A stretch of 61,742 bases of DNA, filler included, from Choristocarpus tenellus KU-1152 (Eukaryota; Protista; Phaeophyceae), in assembly GCA_964200185.2 (NCBI GenBank). It is 5 parts of 5 records of this genome, joined end to end, with 100 filler letters (N's around TTAATTAATTAA, not from the genome) between each part and the next. Parts side by side here need not be neighbours in the genome. Positions count along the whole stretch, not along the records: positions 1 to 24,026 come from CAXNAD020000228.1; 4 more parts are not named here. One strand, written 5' to 3'. This document shows positions 1 through 15,500 of this stretch, one piece after another (position 1 is the stretch's first letter; each line of letters begins with the position of its first letter). The position numbers and the translations under genes were made by a program. The notes beneath the pieces were generated by a model. That model was given only the letters and a program-made list of their open reading frames with translations, did no database searches and was not told where the DNA came from.

Positions 1-23
1 CCCCCCCCCAGATACTTTGACCC
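1..23. mobile_element. Partial terminus of G-rich variant of the GAG..CTC MITE family
   Basis: ccccccccagatactttgaccc matches the right end of the copy at 25374-25554 (ccttcccccagatactttgagcc). Confidence 0.55.
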
Positions 24-565
24 AGGCACCTCAAATAAATAATATTTCTAGTGCAAGTGTCTGGTACACCATTGTGGACAAGAGGTGAGCATACCTTATA
101 CAAGGCTAATCCTTGCCCTTACCGTAACCCTCACCCTCACCATAAAGTATAGCAGTGTCAATAATCACTTCATCTCTTACTCAACTACTCCCAGATAATC
201 AGTACATATGTATCTTTCTAATTAGAAGGAGTATCACATAATCCCTCCCCAATCTATTTCCACCTCCAAAATCAAACAAAAAGTGACATCAAAATAAAAT
301 TATTAACCGAGCAAATTGTACTCTGAGATGATTAGGGTTATTTAACCCTAACCATAACTGCAAGGACGCAAGAGGACCCAACAAGAAGATATTATCTACT
401 CGCCAGGGTTAGGAGTCTCAGTTCCGTGACCAAATGCAGCAGCATAGGGGAGATACACATGAAAAAATGATGGCATAAAAGAGAAAAATTAATGAAAAAA
501 GATCAACTGAAAATCAACAAAATGAGAGAACCCTAACCCTAACACAAAAAGATCACAGTGCACAC

Positions 566-3500
566 CTTTGCAATGACCCAATTTCGTCTTCCTTCCAGCA
601 CAGCCCTATTGAACTCCTTCATTGTGAACTTAGGCAGATGCAATTGGGACTTCACCCTCGCTAGTGCGGGCATATTCTAGTAGGACAGAATAGTTGGGGG
701 GTGGGGAAGTAGGGCAAGTAGATTGAACGAAGGTCTTGTCATAAATGGCGCAAGTTAGCAAACAAATTTAAATAATGATCCAGTATGACACTTAAGCACA
801 AATTACAGTAAGGGCGGGGATACCCCTAACAAGAAAGATCAGGTTGGGTGGATTTACTGCCGATGAGAAGTGACCCAGCGTGCCGGATATTGACATCAAC
901 ACGAGGCTCACCATGCAATATTACAATTCTTCTTCCATTGGTTCAAGTTTTCCTTTCTTGTTGATACATTGTAAGATATATGTGGCCTTGGGTTTGAAAA
1001 GGTGGGATGAATGTGCGATAATACCTAACTTAAAGTAGAATCTTAGTCCCATGCATCATCCAGAGCGATAACCTAAGGTATACAGGGTTGTATTACCTCC
1101 TGTTCAATCTGAATAAATCCCTCGTAAGTACAATAGCAATTTGACTCAAAAAGTGACCTTAAAGTACCTGCATTGATCAAAAAACAAAATGGAATTATTT
1201 GTTGCTCTGAGATAGAACAGAAGTAAAGAATTTCAAACCTAATGAAGAAAATGGTTCACCTTTGTGATTGCCTTCCACATTCCAGGCTCCCAATAACAGA
1301 AATGTGGAACAGAAAAAATACCTCAAGAAATCACACCCCTCAAACTCTGGACTGGAAGATTCATTAGAGTCCTAAGAGTCATGAGAAGCCAGAACAGGGA
1401 AAGGAAGGGTAACTTAATAATCACTTGAGTTGTCATGCACAAAATGCCATCACATCACTCCTTTCCATGCGATGGGTAGAGTTTCTCCTTGGCAAAAAAA
1501 AACTATACTGATGAAATCAACAGCACAGTCTTACAAACAATACTAAAAAAACTGAGCTAATAGAAGAACCCAAAAAACATTTCTCATCAGCACTTTAAAA
1601 GAGTTTTTTCCAGGATCAATTTGGGTGCTAACAACATTGAAACAGGTTGCAAAAAAGAACCCAGGACTGTTCACTCACACTGAAGAGAACATAACCCTAA
1701 CCCTAACCCTAACCCTAACATGACACTACTTGTTCAGTATCATTCCCTGGCACTAATGACCTAAAGCATATTAGTTAATTGCAGCATGTACTGTACTTGC
1801 TTCAAAAGTAAATGCTTAGGTTATGGTTAGGGTTAGCAATGAATCGAAGAGCACACAGCATACTTGTCATTAAAATAGATCGGGAAAAAGTATCCCTGGT
1901 ATCCAACCACCCTATCCCTAACTGCAACTCTAAGTCTCATTTCTCACATCTCTTCCTGTGGAAGGCACCTCAAATCTTGACCTAGATGATTTAGGAAGAA
2001 ACATAATCATATCCCCCACCACTTCCTGTACAAAGCATACACAATAATGTTGAAGTGAGTCTTGTGTATGTGTTGTGATAAAAATAAGGCCTGGGCAAGG
2101 GATTTATGCATATACCCCTAACCCTAACCCTAAGAACCATGTGGTCGAGAAGAAACTGCTAACCCTAACCCTAACAACCAACCAATAACCTTTGCTCCAT
2201 TGAATGGGTTTGTATTGGAGGCAAACACCATTATAAGATTGCATGCTAGCAGGCATACTTGACGCACATGGTCCACTCTAGTGCAGGCACCCAGAAAAAG
2301 CATTACTGACACTACATTTTCAGAAGTACATGGTACATTATAAATCATATCATTCTTGTGCAAAAGGATATCTTCAACATCCCACATGGCACCCATCGCT
2401 CATTTAACCAAAAGTCATGCTACAGATAACAAAAACATTTCAAATTCTGTGCTAAAATGATGCCTAGTTGTACTTTTTTCGGAAATTTTAATCTAGCCCT
2501 GCCTCAGCCCCTCGTTGTAACCCTAACCATAACCCTAACCACAAAACAAAACTAAAGCACTTATCAGAATATTCAACACCTGCACACTCCATCTGCAAAT
2601 GGTACATTCCTAGCCCTATATCTTGACTCTGATCCTAATCCTAATATAACCCCAATCCTAACGGTCAAGTGCAAGCTTATGTCAAGACATAGCTCAAAAC
2701 TTGACCGCAGTGATGACTCTGGTTAAAATCCCAAACAGTCCAAAGTCTTCAATCCAGCCCCAACCTCAACTCGAAGTACGACATGACATCAATGTCAACG
2801 TGAAATCCTACATCTGATCTTCTGTCCAACCTGTCTACCTCTCCTCATTTCTGGTCTGTTAGAAAATTACCTTGTAAGTGTAGCCAAAAATATGGTTGAA
2901 GACTTACGAAGTATATACAATGATAATAAAAACAATAATAATAGTTACTAAGAAATATAAAATTCACCACTTGACAAGAAGGGTGGCTTGCCTTGCATGA
3001 CAAGGTAAGGGGGGTGGGGAAGAAAGGAGAGTTCAAGAGTTATGGAGTTAAGAGTACAAAAAACCTCTTGACTTTTTTCTTGTTGCAGGAGTACAGATGT
3101 GTGCATAATCTTCAAAAATCTCTGGTACCCCACACAACAGGACCTCCTAAGGGACCCTAATAACCCTTAAATAAATGTCTAAACCTTTTTTGATCTCTGG
3201 TTAGGTTTTTTTCAATGTAAAAAAAAAAACGAGACATATCATTTAATACAAAAAAAAAACAGACCATTAAAAAAATAAAAAGAAACAATGCTCCGGAAAC
3301 TAAGAATGAACAAAGTCACATAAAAAAGTGACCTGCTTGATATTGTTCCAAAGCTTATTGAGCGATAATTTTCCGTCACAAGTCCACTTGGTGTGAACAC
3401 GGTGAAATTCCCAACCAAAGAATGACAGGAGGATCAACCCCATCCAAGCTGGAAACATGTAATCTGAGGTATTAAATGGGGGAGGGGACAGCATAGAGAT

Positions 3501-6500
3501 AGGGTTAGAGCCAGGTAAGGGAGAAAGGTGGTAAATGCCAATATTATGTGCAGGTGTTTTCATTGGTAGGGGTGGGGAACGAATAGTATGGTCTAGAATA
3601 CGTAAGTACTTGCCAGGCGTGTCTTAGCATTGAGATGCACGGCACTTGAGTGGTACCAAAAAAACTTATTCTGTGTCACAGACTACAACTAAACTCTTTA
3701 GCTGCTCTTCCTTCCACTTTTGCAGCAAGCTCTTCCTTCAAAGCAACAAAGATTTTGCAGCCCATCCAAACAAAATCCTCAGAGTTTGGGATAGTGCCAA
3801 TAAAAATGTTTAAATTTTCCTCACAAAACACCGTCAATTTAATTTTGGTACGAGCAAAATGCCAACATTTCCACTTAAAAAAAATAATGTTGCCAACTAG
3901 GGTTAGGGTTAGAAAAAACAATGCCATTCGCCAATAGAAAAAGCTAGGGCTCATTTAAAAAAAAGTGTCACAACTGTGAACACTTGGCTTTCATTTCCCT
4001 ATACATAGCATACACATTACTATCACCCTTAACACAAAATGGGTACAATCACACATACTCATTCAAACCTCTAACCCAGAGCTCCAACTTTCCCACCAAA
4101 AGCTACTCCAGAAGAGTGCAAACTAATAATGATACACCAAAGGTGGAAATGTAGAGCTCTAAGGTAGCTACGTACTCCACACCTAATGTTTTGTAGTGCC
4201 CTGAAAACGTTCGAGATGTCAATATTCAAACACAAAAGATAGCACAAATGTCCTTTCACTCACTCCTAATCACTGCAAAGCTGGTAAAGTTGTACAATGG
4301 GTCATCCCCTTCAAAACCCAAGCTGAAGATAGCATCTTCGGAGACAAGTTGTAGTCCATACCAACAGTTGAAAAAACCCAAAATTAGGATGATCCTCCCA
4401 AACCACTTGTGCATCTAGGTGGAGCTCGGCAAAACAGAGAATTTTCGGGTCAGGGCCAAGTAAGGGTAACAATAAATGCTGTAGTAAGTCATGCCAAGAC
4501 CAAAAAAGTAATGGTGACATGAAGCAGAGATGAATACATGACTCAAGCGACCAATTAAGCAGGGCTGAAGATTTGTTTACAACTTTGATGCATGAAATCT
4601 GTAGTGGGAAGATAGTTGGGAGAGGTAAAATAGTTACCAATAGAACATGCAAGTCTTGAAACTCCGCCTGGTAAAAAAGGGAAAAAATAAAAAATAAGCG
4701 ACTAACCCACCAATCATCTGCACCTTGTGTTTGTGTGTATTCATGATTCCTGTACGTATCATCTTCTGACGGTTACAACAATCCAACTTATATTTTATAG
4801 TAACAACCACACCTATCTTGAAAAAAATAAAAATGATGGTAAGATTGAGCGGTTGGAGACATGGTGGGAATAATTTTTTTTACAAGCCAAAAGAATAGTT
4901 GTAATATGTTGACTGTAGTCTTATTACTGAAGTGCATATTATTAATTTAAATATAGTGACTGTTATATAACTACTGAAGTATAGATCACTAAGTGAAATA
5001 TACTGACTTGCGTATTATTTCAGAAATACATGTTATTAAAACTCAACACCATTCAGAGCACTGGCATTCTCACATTGCAAGGGTTCATGCAATGGCAGTA
5101 TGCTAGCACAAAATCATTAACTAAGCAAATACTAGTAGTTAGAAGATGGTTGCTGAGCATTCCAGTTTGAGAACTTACGACCCTAATCCTAAGTGGATGA
5201 CTGCCAAAAATATGTAACACCAATACTCCTGCTCATATATTATCGACAATGTTGCAGGTGGAGAAGCATACCTTTACAAAGTACAATGAAAATGCTATGT
5301 AAGACCAAAAACCAAGCAGTACATAGGCTGCACAGTCACATATGTAGAGTATGTCGAGATTCTATACGCTGGAAGTCCTTTATCTGGCAAAGAGATAACA
5401 GGGACCATACAGTCAAGTTCATCTTGTTTTACGTCTCAATGGAGCAGCACTAATCACATTTTGTTTCACACCATTGAAATCTTCTGCCCTGACCTTAACC
5501 CCATTTTACACTAGGAATCCAGTGATCACAACGTAGCATGCTCATTCATCAGGTGGATAAAGGTACTCATATCAAGTACCCCCAGTGGTTCATAAGGATT
5601 AGGGTTACTTGGTATGCTTTATGTTAGCATCCGATCATATCAATAACCTTGTATTTTACCCAACTGTAAAGAATTGGTTGCAATCATCCGCAAGTCATAC
5701 CTGAAGGGTGACTTGAGCAAATAGAGTTCTGGTGTCCATCTTTCCCTCAAAGGTCCTTATCCTAAACCACCCAGTGATCAACTTAGTGTTGGGGTAGCGA
5801 GGAGTATAAAGGGACAGTGGCAATAAAGCAGTTGGGGGAAATGGCAACATTGGAAATAGCATCAGGTGACAGCACCAGTAATAACAATAATTGTAACAAT
5901 AATAATGATAATAATAATAATGATAATAATAATACTGTTACTGCTACTAAAAAAAAAATCGTTCTGGTTGGGAGAGTGAATGACAATATTATGGGATGGA
6001 ATAGAAGGCGCTTACAACATACAAAATGAATACTTCCCCTAGCATGCTTCGACTCAACTGCAAATCAGTTTGCATTCACATTTTAGATCAAACTACTTTT
6101 GAAATTGTCCAGAGTGGCAGGTGACTCAAACCCTAAAAATAGCAATTATTACGCTGTAAATCACCTAAGTAGGTAAAGGTGTGTGTGGAGACCTAGTATG
6201 CCATATAGAATTTAATGAAGTACTAAAAACTCACAAATGTGAACTTAGTTCACTGATACACCTGGGCAGAGAGCCAAACACATCATTATGTCGTGTTCAT
6301 CACCATCACAAATACTTACATATCACAATACGTATCTATTACAAATGCTTATCTTCCTGCTCAGAGTTGGTCAATGTAAGGAGGGGATACATTAATAATA
6401 TAACCCTCCTTGTCTAACCTCAAAGACATGTCTAACTCCTTCACCTATTGTGCTCAAGAACTCCAATAAAGTTCCACCCAACTTGAAGAGGAAATGGCCC

Positions 6501-9500
6501 CCGCAGGGAACTAGATATCAAGCATGATGATGTAGTTATGGTATAGACCTCAAAGTACTAGAATAAAGTTGTAATTTCCCTCAGAGAAAAAGTTGCACGA
6601 AACAGACTGAACACACATACACCCAAGATTAACACCAGAGACCCAACCACCCAGCTAGAGACAGTCCCTACAATTGCGAGTCAACAAATAGCACAAAAAA
6701 CCCTGCAAATAGCTGTCCATTTTGTTATTCCTATGAAGCTGTTGCAATTAGCTAAAGAGGAGTCAGAATCCAATGCATCACCTCGCTTACAAATCATAGT
6801 TAATCCACATGTTTAAATAAACTCAGGCAATATCAGATTTCAAAAGTAGGTTAGATATGTTAGATGACCGATCAAAACACTACCAAAAAACAGAGGGGAA
6901 GTTGTAAGACCTCCAAAGGGAAGCACCTGCAATATTACAGCTGCGAGGATCCCTGCACCAAGCTCAGAATGCCGAGTTGCCTCTATGGAATCCCCAGATG
7001 TTACAATGGCTGTAAATGCATATTTGAGTTGGGGCTAGGGTTAGTGGAAGACAGGGGTGGTTACAGTGAATATGAGGTTTGAGGTTTAGAGACCCAACCA
7101 ATCAAGTGTACAACTTATAGGAGACAACCGATAGTTCATAGCAAGGGGCAGGGGCCACCATTGAGACATCTGAATCTTTGAGAGATACCAAAAAAGAGCT
7201 CCAACTCTGTGATGTTAGATGTTACCTACCCTTCCCTTCACTTCACTTCTAGTCACCAACTAATCCTAACCCTCTCCCTAACGCTCATTGGTTTCTCTCC
7301 CTAATCCTTTCCACATACCTCATTTGAACACCAAGCTAACCATTATCTTTTTCAAGTTTCTTCCCTTAACCCTACTTCTAACTCTAACTCCCTGTTGTAT
7401 GTTGTCCCCAATGTGAGGGCTCCATCCTTTCTCATCATCTTCTAGCACAGTCTAGAAAGAGAATATATTCTAGACACCGGCCATGACATTGACAAGAAAA
7501 CATCTCAATAGGTCAAAGCAAATTTGCCCTTTGCATCTCTTTTCTAGTGCAATATGGTAGTATCTGCATTTGTCCTAACAGCATACATGTATTACTAGGA
7601 ATATTTTCAACGTACAAATATGCTACACCCACTACAGTGCTATGAACAAAAACTAAACAATACTATGTACCTTCATGTGGTAAGTGTTGACTTGGTCCTT
7701 CATACACTAAGAGAATGATAGAGTCAAAATCAGGTATCGTGCTGTGACATTGTTCAGAGGGCGGCACTGCAACAAAAACATCATACTCATTACGTAAGTA
7801 CAAAAAATGAACCAAATGATACAAACAGTAATCATCTAACGCAAAATAATAATAAGGAAATAGGAACAATAAAACGACACAGTACAGTAGTACTAGAAAA
7901 CTGGTATGTAGAGCAAACAATAAAAACATTATACATTGAAACCTCAGAGATCAACAAGCGATACTATTATTACTACTACTACTGCTGCTGCTGCTGCTAC
8001 TACTACTACTACTACTATATTGTGTATACGTAAAAAATCTCCCATCTCACCTGTAATGGCAAGAGGAATTACCCCTTCTGCCAATACACTCATGGCCAGA
8101 ACATGTAACTCTTGAGCAGCAGCATAGTAGACACAAATGACCAACAGGAGAAATTTTTTTTATGAAAAATTTATTGCAATTTTTGAAGTTCCCCAAGAGA
8201 AGTGAGTGACAAGCAACCAAACCAAAGGGGGTAAGAGGGCATGTAACAAGGGATAGGGTTATAAAACGAATCATGGATGAATAAAAAATTCAATCAATTG
8301 CTGGTTTATCGAATGGCACAGACTTCATCATCCACGCCAATCAGACGTACCTACTTGCATGTAGAACCAATCACTAGATAGCACCTTCAGAATACATAAC
8401 ATTTTGACAATCAGATCACTCACTTGGGTGAGGGAGATTGCAAAAGAAATACATTACATTGAGTGGGTTAAAGGTACAAATAGTACATCACCATATTGCT
8501 CAAAACACTGTTTTATTTTCTTCCCTACAACTCCAAAATTACTATCAATACTACATGCAACTGTTCTTAGGGGTATGTTATAAATAATCCATGTACAAAG
8601 ATCTCCAAACAATGTTTCAGGTCAAACTACCGTATGCTTTATTGTAGACTAGTGTCTGCAACAAATCGATTTCTCCTCCCTCTCCTCAACCTGGCCTACA
8701 TTCAACATGTTGGTGGCATCATAGCACTCCACATATTTCAGAGGTGACAAAGAAACTACAAGACGGTGACTTTATCAGCAATACTTGAAGCGGTGCACAG
8801 AGTTGCAGCTACAGAGCAGCAGAAGAGAAAAAAAATAGAACATAACCTACAGCACTACATTCAACAAAGATCCCACATGTACATCAGCTAGCATACAGGT
8901 GTATCTGAGAAACAGTGAATGGATGGAGAAGAGAAACAGTCCAACATACATGTGCATGTTCTCCTGCCATGAGAAGTTGAGGAAGCAGCTACCTGAGATT
9001 CAAACCAGTAACCTCTGAACTTTTCAACTTTTCAAGAAACGTCACCAGCAACATACCACCACGTCAGCATCCTCCGTGCAACTGCTGCCTTCATGGTAGA
9101 ATTGTATCAAACATGTCAACACGATATACTTTAAGAAGAGTTCCTCTAGAGCATACACGACCACTAATGATCAAATGACTTGTTCAAATTGCAGGTACAT
9201 GTTGAAAAGAAAAATTGTTCATAGTAGAGGTCAGCCTACATTCTCCCCATAAATATCATGCAACATACCCTTACAAGGTTATCAATGTGTGAAATTGTAA
9301 ACATACTTGATTCTGAGCACAATAGGTGAATTTCCGTCCCTTATTATTTCAGACAACTACACCATATAATTTTGCACCCTCCCATTCCTAACCCTAATCC
9401 CTTGCTCCCTGGCAAGTAGATGCCCTCTAGAGCTTCTCAAAAACAAAAACAATGATCCACATAGTGATAAATCATATTTCTAGGGTTGGGGTTAGAGCCA

Positions 9501-12500
9501 GGGCAAGTTAGAGCGAGTCTATCTGGTTTTCTCTTGGTGTAAAAGTGCTTACCCCACCATACCAGCCGAAAGTGGTAAACCTTAATGGAAACGCCACGCA
9601 TGTACCTGCCGAAAAAAAACAAGAACATGCACAAAAAGCAGTAACGACAAATCAATTTGAAAAAAGGTGCAAAGCATGACAAAACCAACATCACTAAAAG
9701 AGAGTTATAGGATAACAAAAAAAACACTATAATGGTTCCAAGTGCTATGACTTGCAGCAGAGTGGGTGGGCAAGAAGGAACACTGAACTGTTATGTGATC
9801 TCTAAAAGTGATCAAGTGACTCTCCACCTACTATATGCCTCAATAGAAGAGGGAGGGGGAGTAGGGGTCAGGGCACAGGGCAAAGGTTAGGAATAAAAAA
9901 CGATAAAAAATACATATTTTCAAAGTTGACTAGATTTACATATTATTTGTGGATCATGACTTTTACATGGAGAAGGAGATTGTACACCACTCCCATTACG
10001 CTGTGCATGAAACTTGCTTCAAAATATTTAATTTAAATGCTAAAAATGAAAAATAAAAAATAATTATGGCGAGGAGCAAACCCCCAAACAAGCAACACCA
10101 CAATATCTTCTTCAACTGTCCCACTTGATAACGCAATCTAAGTACTAAGTGCATACTGGAGTAGGGTTAGGGTTATACATGCTGAAGCTCTACAGAGAAA
10201 GAGAAGAATAGGGAGGAAGAGAGCTCTAAAAACATTTTAATTGGACATACTGAGAAAGCAAGAGACAAAGCACAGAAAAAATTACGTAACACACTACTCA
10301 CCTAGCACAGATGAAGCCTAGTGGTGCAGCAACAAGCCATGAAAACAACTTCATGGCATTGAAAGAACCACCCATGGAGGAACAAACACAACCAGCACCA
10401 GAATCCATACAACATTGATGCAGAAACACAAAAGGTCACACCCAACCGCCAAAGGTCAGGCAATGATAAAAGATGGAACCAAGACATTTCAAACGAAGAG
10501 TGTTAGCCTGATTAGGGTTAGGGTTTAGGGTTAGGGATGAAGACAAGATAGCGGTTAGGGCTAAGGTCACCTTGGCTCAAAGTATCGTAGAGGGTACGAT
10601 TTTTTTTCCTATTTGTCCATTTGGGGCTTGGAATTCCACAGGTATTTAATTACATTTTACCTACTCCAAAATGTTTCAGAGTAGTGAAATGTATACTTTA
10701 TGAAAAAGTGTCTCCAGAATAAGGATATTGACATCTCCCAACAAATACAATAGCCAAAGTTACATCAAAATTGCAACATTGGATTTTGACCCCCAAATGG
10801 ACGCGGCTCTACCCTCTAAGATACTTTGACTCCTTTACCTATCATGGAGTTACAATCAGTAGCAATTGCTTTCATCACATTGGTTTGGCATGATTCATGC
10901 TTGTCTAGAATATAAACATTGCAATGAAGTCCGTCTCATGTGCTAAAAAAGCAACAAAAAGGTACCCAACGAAGACAGTACACATTTCCAATCATTGAAA
11001 AGGATCTTTCAACAGCTGCAATAAGTCAAGAATGACTACTCTTTGATTCCTGTGCCAATTCGCAATTGACACAGAATTGACAAATGATGGCTTGTGGGTG
11101 GTAGGTCAACATATTGTCACACTACACTTGTACAGTGTGAGATAATCTATTTCTAGAGCGCTAATGCAAGAGAATGGATTACACATACTATCATCTCACA
11201 ATATTTCTACTCCTAGACCCAGCTCAGCATTGCCAGACACCTACAGTACTACACACTAAAAAAATCATTTCTCAGATTTAACAAACATCTCAACATTTTA
11301 AGAAAACCCTACCTCAAACCATTTCCCTAACCCTAGTTACTGTAGTCGTACCTCTCTTCCATCAATAGAGCTTTGAGCGTCTGCCTCATGTCCACGCCCC
11401 AAATCAAACATGCTCTCCAAGAATATTCCCCCAACCATAAACCTAACCCTCACAATGTTTCTTATTACCAACAAAAAAAAACTTAACCTTAACCCTAACC
11501 TTAATCTCATAGACCTCCTCTAACCCTAATCCTAACCCTAAACCTATATTCATACACTTATTGCTTGCCATGATGCTTCCATGAAACACATAGAAGTTCG
11601 AGTTGTCACTTGTTACCACAGAGGCGCACACGTTGCTGGTGAAGAAGTTGATGATAAGAGCACCTCGGTCTGTTCTAGTGTGTTCAGAGATCTTGAAACA
11701 GTAAAGAGTTGTTTTTTGTTGCAGTTTGTGTTCCCAGAAAAACGGAGGGGTACCAGGGAAAACCAAGTCAAACCTCGAAAATTCTTCATTTCTCACATCA
11801 GAGACACTAGGGACAACAAATGAGCTGTATGTGTGTGTGTGTGTGTTTGAAGATGTGTGATTAATAGCTGTATCATCTCCCATGACCTCTGTCTAAATTG
11901 CTCAAATTGCTATGCTGAGTGTATCCATGGATTGAGATGTAATCTCAAAATAATATCCAAGTCTTGTTCCCAAATGAAACATATCTTCATCTCATAAACA
12001 AAAAAATCATCTAGGTATCTTTTCACATTTCCAAAATTGTGTTTAAATTTTGATTTCTGAAGGAAATAGGGGGAAAACTGGAACAAGAGAAAACACAACC
12101 AAACCCTAACCCTATCCCACATATCTCAAAATGCTAATCATTCTAATTGTGGGAAGCGTCCTTCAAAAACACACTCTAAAAATATATAATTACAGTACTT
12201 GGAAAAGTATTTCAACAGAGAGGAAGATCAACTGTTCAAAAACGTCCCTTTCTAATATCTACTGCTAGGGTTAGGGACAAGAATTTGTACCATTTGAATC
12301 CTAAGATCATATACTCTAATATTTTGTGCCCAAGCACCTCATCCCTGTTCTTGTGGAAATTCTCTAGCAAAGAAGAGAGAGCAGTACAGTGTTCTTCTTT
12401 TTCTGTGCATTGGTATTCACAAAAATCTTTCATCAAATAAGTATCAAGTTCAACATGAAGTGGACAGATCAAAACCAGAGGAGAGAGTGTGGCTGCACCA

Positions 12501-15500
12501 TTAAAGTAATGGACTCAATTAAAAGAGCAGGAAATATTCTACACACAATAGTGACCAATACCCTGAAAGAAGAAGAGAAAAAGAGCTCAGTACAAATTTG
12601 TGAGTTGGGCTTTCAATGAAGTTAGACCGTAAACAACGATTAGTGCAATCACACTTCAAAAGGCATCACTGTGGAGGCTATTCACTTCAAAGGTCAACCA
12701 AGGTATACATTACAAGGTGATACCTATCCTAAGCTATCTCTACATGCCCCCAACAAAATTTGCATACGATAATGTTCTTAAAAAAACATCACAGTAAAAA
12801 AAATAATAATCAAAATATAATCCAATCCCAACCCTAACCCTAATTCATGTATCTCTCCCTTGCTAACAGAAAAAAGTGCGGCTCTAACCCTAACCATTCG
12901 ATACGTGATAGTAACCCCTAACCCTAACTGTACAATGAATAGTAGATGACACAACAATATATTAGGAAAAAAATACACAATAATTTGTTCAATTGGTGGT
13001 GAATGTTCCTTGTTACTATCTCTTACCCCGGCCCCTGAGCTCCATGAATAGACAACCTCAATGTCTGTGTTTGTGATGTTGAAGTTATTCAAACCTCCAC
13101 CACCTGGTTGCAAAAAGTACACGCACACCAAAACAAACAAAATGCGTGTCGGGGATAAACTCACTCACAAATCACATAGGGTTAGGGCTATGGTTGGGCC
13201 TATGGTTAAGGTTAATGTCAAACACAACCTAATCCTAACCCTAACCCTAGTTCTAAAACTCCTAACTATACTTCCTACTAGCAAAAAAAATGTTGTTCAG
13301 GCAAATATTGAGTAGTAACATTTCAATAGTACCAGTAAATACAAAATAAATGTTTTGTGCTACCACTAGGTGAAAAAAGCCATCATATTCCCAACAGTCC
13401 TAATTTCAAAAAGTAGCAAAATTTAAAAATCCCAACACCTTAGGAAAGCGTGCACCATAAGCTTAATGGTAGTCTGCCATAAGCCTACTGATACGCATGT
13501 TCATCACCTATAATGACCATAACCCTACTGATATGTATGTTCATCACAACCCTACTGATAATGACCATAACCCTACTTACTCAAAAGCAAAGTCTACCTA
13601 GCACAGACTTCACACAACCTGTGTCTAATGTGCAACAAGTACCACCACACCACACATATGCTTAGTGACCTGGTAGTGTGAAATATATTCATATCTACTG
13701 TGTATCAGAAAGCCCAACATGATCTGCTGTGGTTGCTAGTCATGTTTCAATAACCTAGACACCAAGAGTACGTAGCTTTTCTTCTACCTGTTCTTTTATA
13801 CCTTGACCCTAACCCTAACCCTTGAATAGTGTATGATAATATGCTATAATTGGCAGCATAAATTGGACAAGTGACAACTCAAGTCCCAAGACCCTAGTCA
13901 ACCAACACCGCCTCAAGGATGGAAGAAGAGAAGGATCTGCAACCCAGGGGACATGCACAAATTCAGAGGAGTGAATGCGTATGGATTACTCAAACAAATT
14001 TATCAGAAAACTACAGTTAGACACATATTGTATATGAATTTAATCTTACATATTCCTACTTCGAGGTGACCTCTGATAATGGTTCTCTGTTGAAGGAGTA
14101 CAATGACTTCCACTAATCTCTCAAATCACCCACTGTGGACTTCAGTAGTTGAAAACAAGGTGGTAACAACCCAATTGCATAGAAAAAGCCCTAACCCCAC
14201 CTCCTGTATGATGTAACTCTGACATATGTTTAGAACAAAATACTGGTTTAATGAAAATAGATCTCTATAGGGAGCAAAAGCCTGACCATCCTACCACAAA
14301 TTGGACCCTATCCTTATCCCCACCTGCAATAGCACTTGTGGCAGAATAATAATATTAATCAAAACCCTAACACTAACCCAAACTTTCTCCTACTTGAAAT
14401 CATGAAGACACACCACACACTAACCACAGTAGTAAAGAATTGCTTCTGTTAAGTAACTCTGCATTAAATGTCCTTTTAATTAACGGATACAAAAAAAAAA
14501 ATCAACTTGACCCTTAAAAACTAACCCTAACTCTAACCCCCTCAAAAGGAACACAACAATGAGTCGTTCTTGCAAGACACACAAAGACTACAAGAAAATA
14601 AAAACATGAAACGCATTTACACACTTCACCCAAACTAACTAATCCCTAGTCCTAAACCCTACTGTGTCCGGTTGGTCTTGCACATCGAAACATTCACCAT
14701 GTCTTCATATCCTACTATGCTACAAGTAGGTTAATAGCAGCACAGAGCTAACACAGTTCAAGTTACAGATACAGGTACAGGCATAAAACCCACCATCCAA
14801 AGGCCTCACAAAGGTCACACTGGTCCAACTGTCGATGACATCCACCTCAAGCACATCAAATTCATCCCCACTCACTCCCCCAGCACCTCCATTAATGCCG
14901 TCCCTGGTGGGTTCCCTGTGACCAGCTGCTATGCGGTCAGTGCAGATAGCCTCATCTGCACTCTGTTGACAAGTGGTTGAAATAATAAATATACTATCAA
15001 AATAACAATCAAAAGATGATAGACAGAAGGGTTCTACATTCGCGAAAATTCATCTCTCAACTGCACCACCTATACCCATACAAGTGACTTAGGTTATGTT
15101 CTCTCCCAGAATACACTTGAAGTAGAACCATACAATACCACCTTTTTTCCAGTCATGAGTAATCTCCACCTCATTCCAACCATCTAAAAACACCTGCAAT
15201 ACCTTCATACCATGTGCTACCTATGGAGATTCAATTTTCTGCTCAGATCACCAGTTGCCCCTTGCCGACAGCTGTCACCTCATACTTACAATATCCAATT
15301 TGAGAAAGAACTATAATAGTTACAGCCATATGCCAACATATTTTTTGCTTCTATAAGTAATATAGGTAGAAGGGAAGGGGGCACTACAACTATAGTTACA
15401 GATATCCATTGTTTCAAGTCTGGAAATTGCTACAAGTATATTTCATGTTCAAAGCACTGGCAAAACACAATGGAACTGATGTGCTCGTACATACATAGTT

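Noticed and set aside
3333-9605. Initial reading as an MLO or TRP-channel-like protein
   Set aside because: The intervening exons give the four-His cytochrome b561 pattern.
11443-11883. 146-aa ORF taken as one exon, and other GLGLG/VRVRV/NPNP ORFs
   Set aside because: Only 11691-11569 fits the DOMON alignment and phase; the dipeptide runs are translations of telomere-type repeats.
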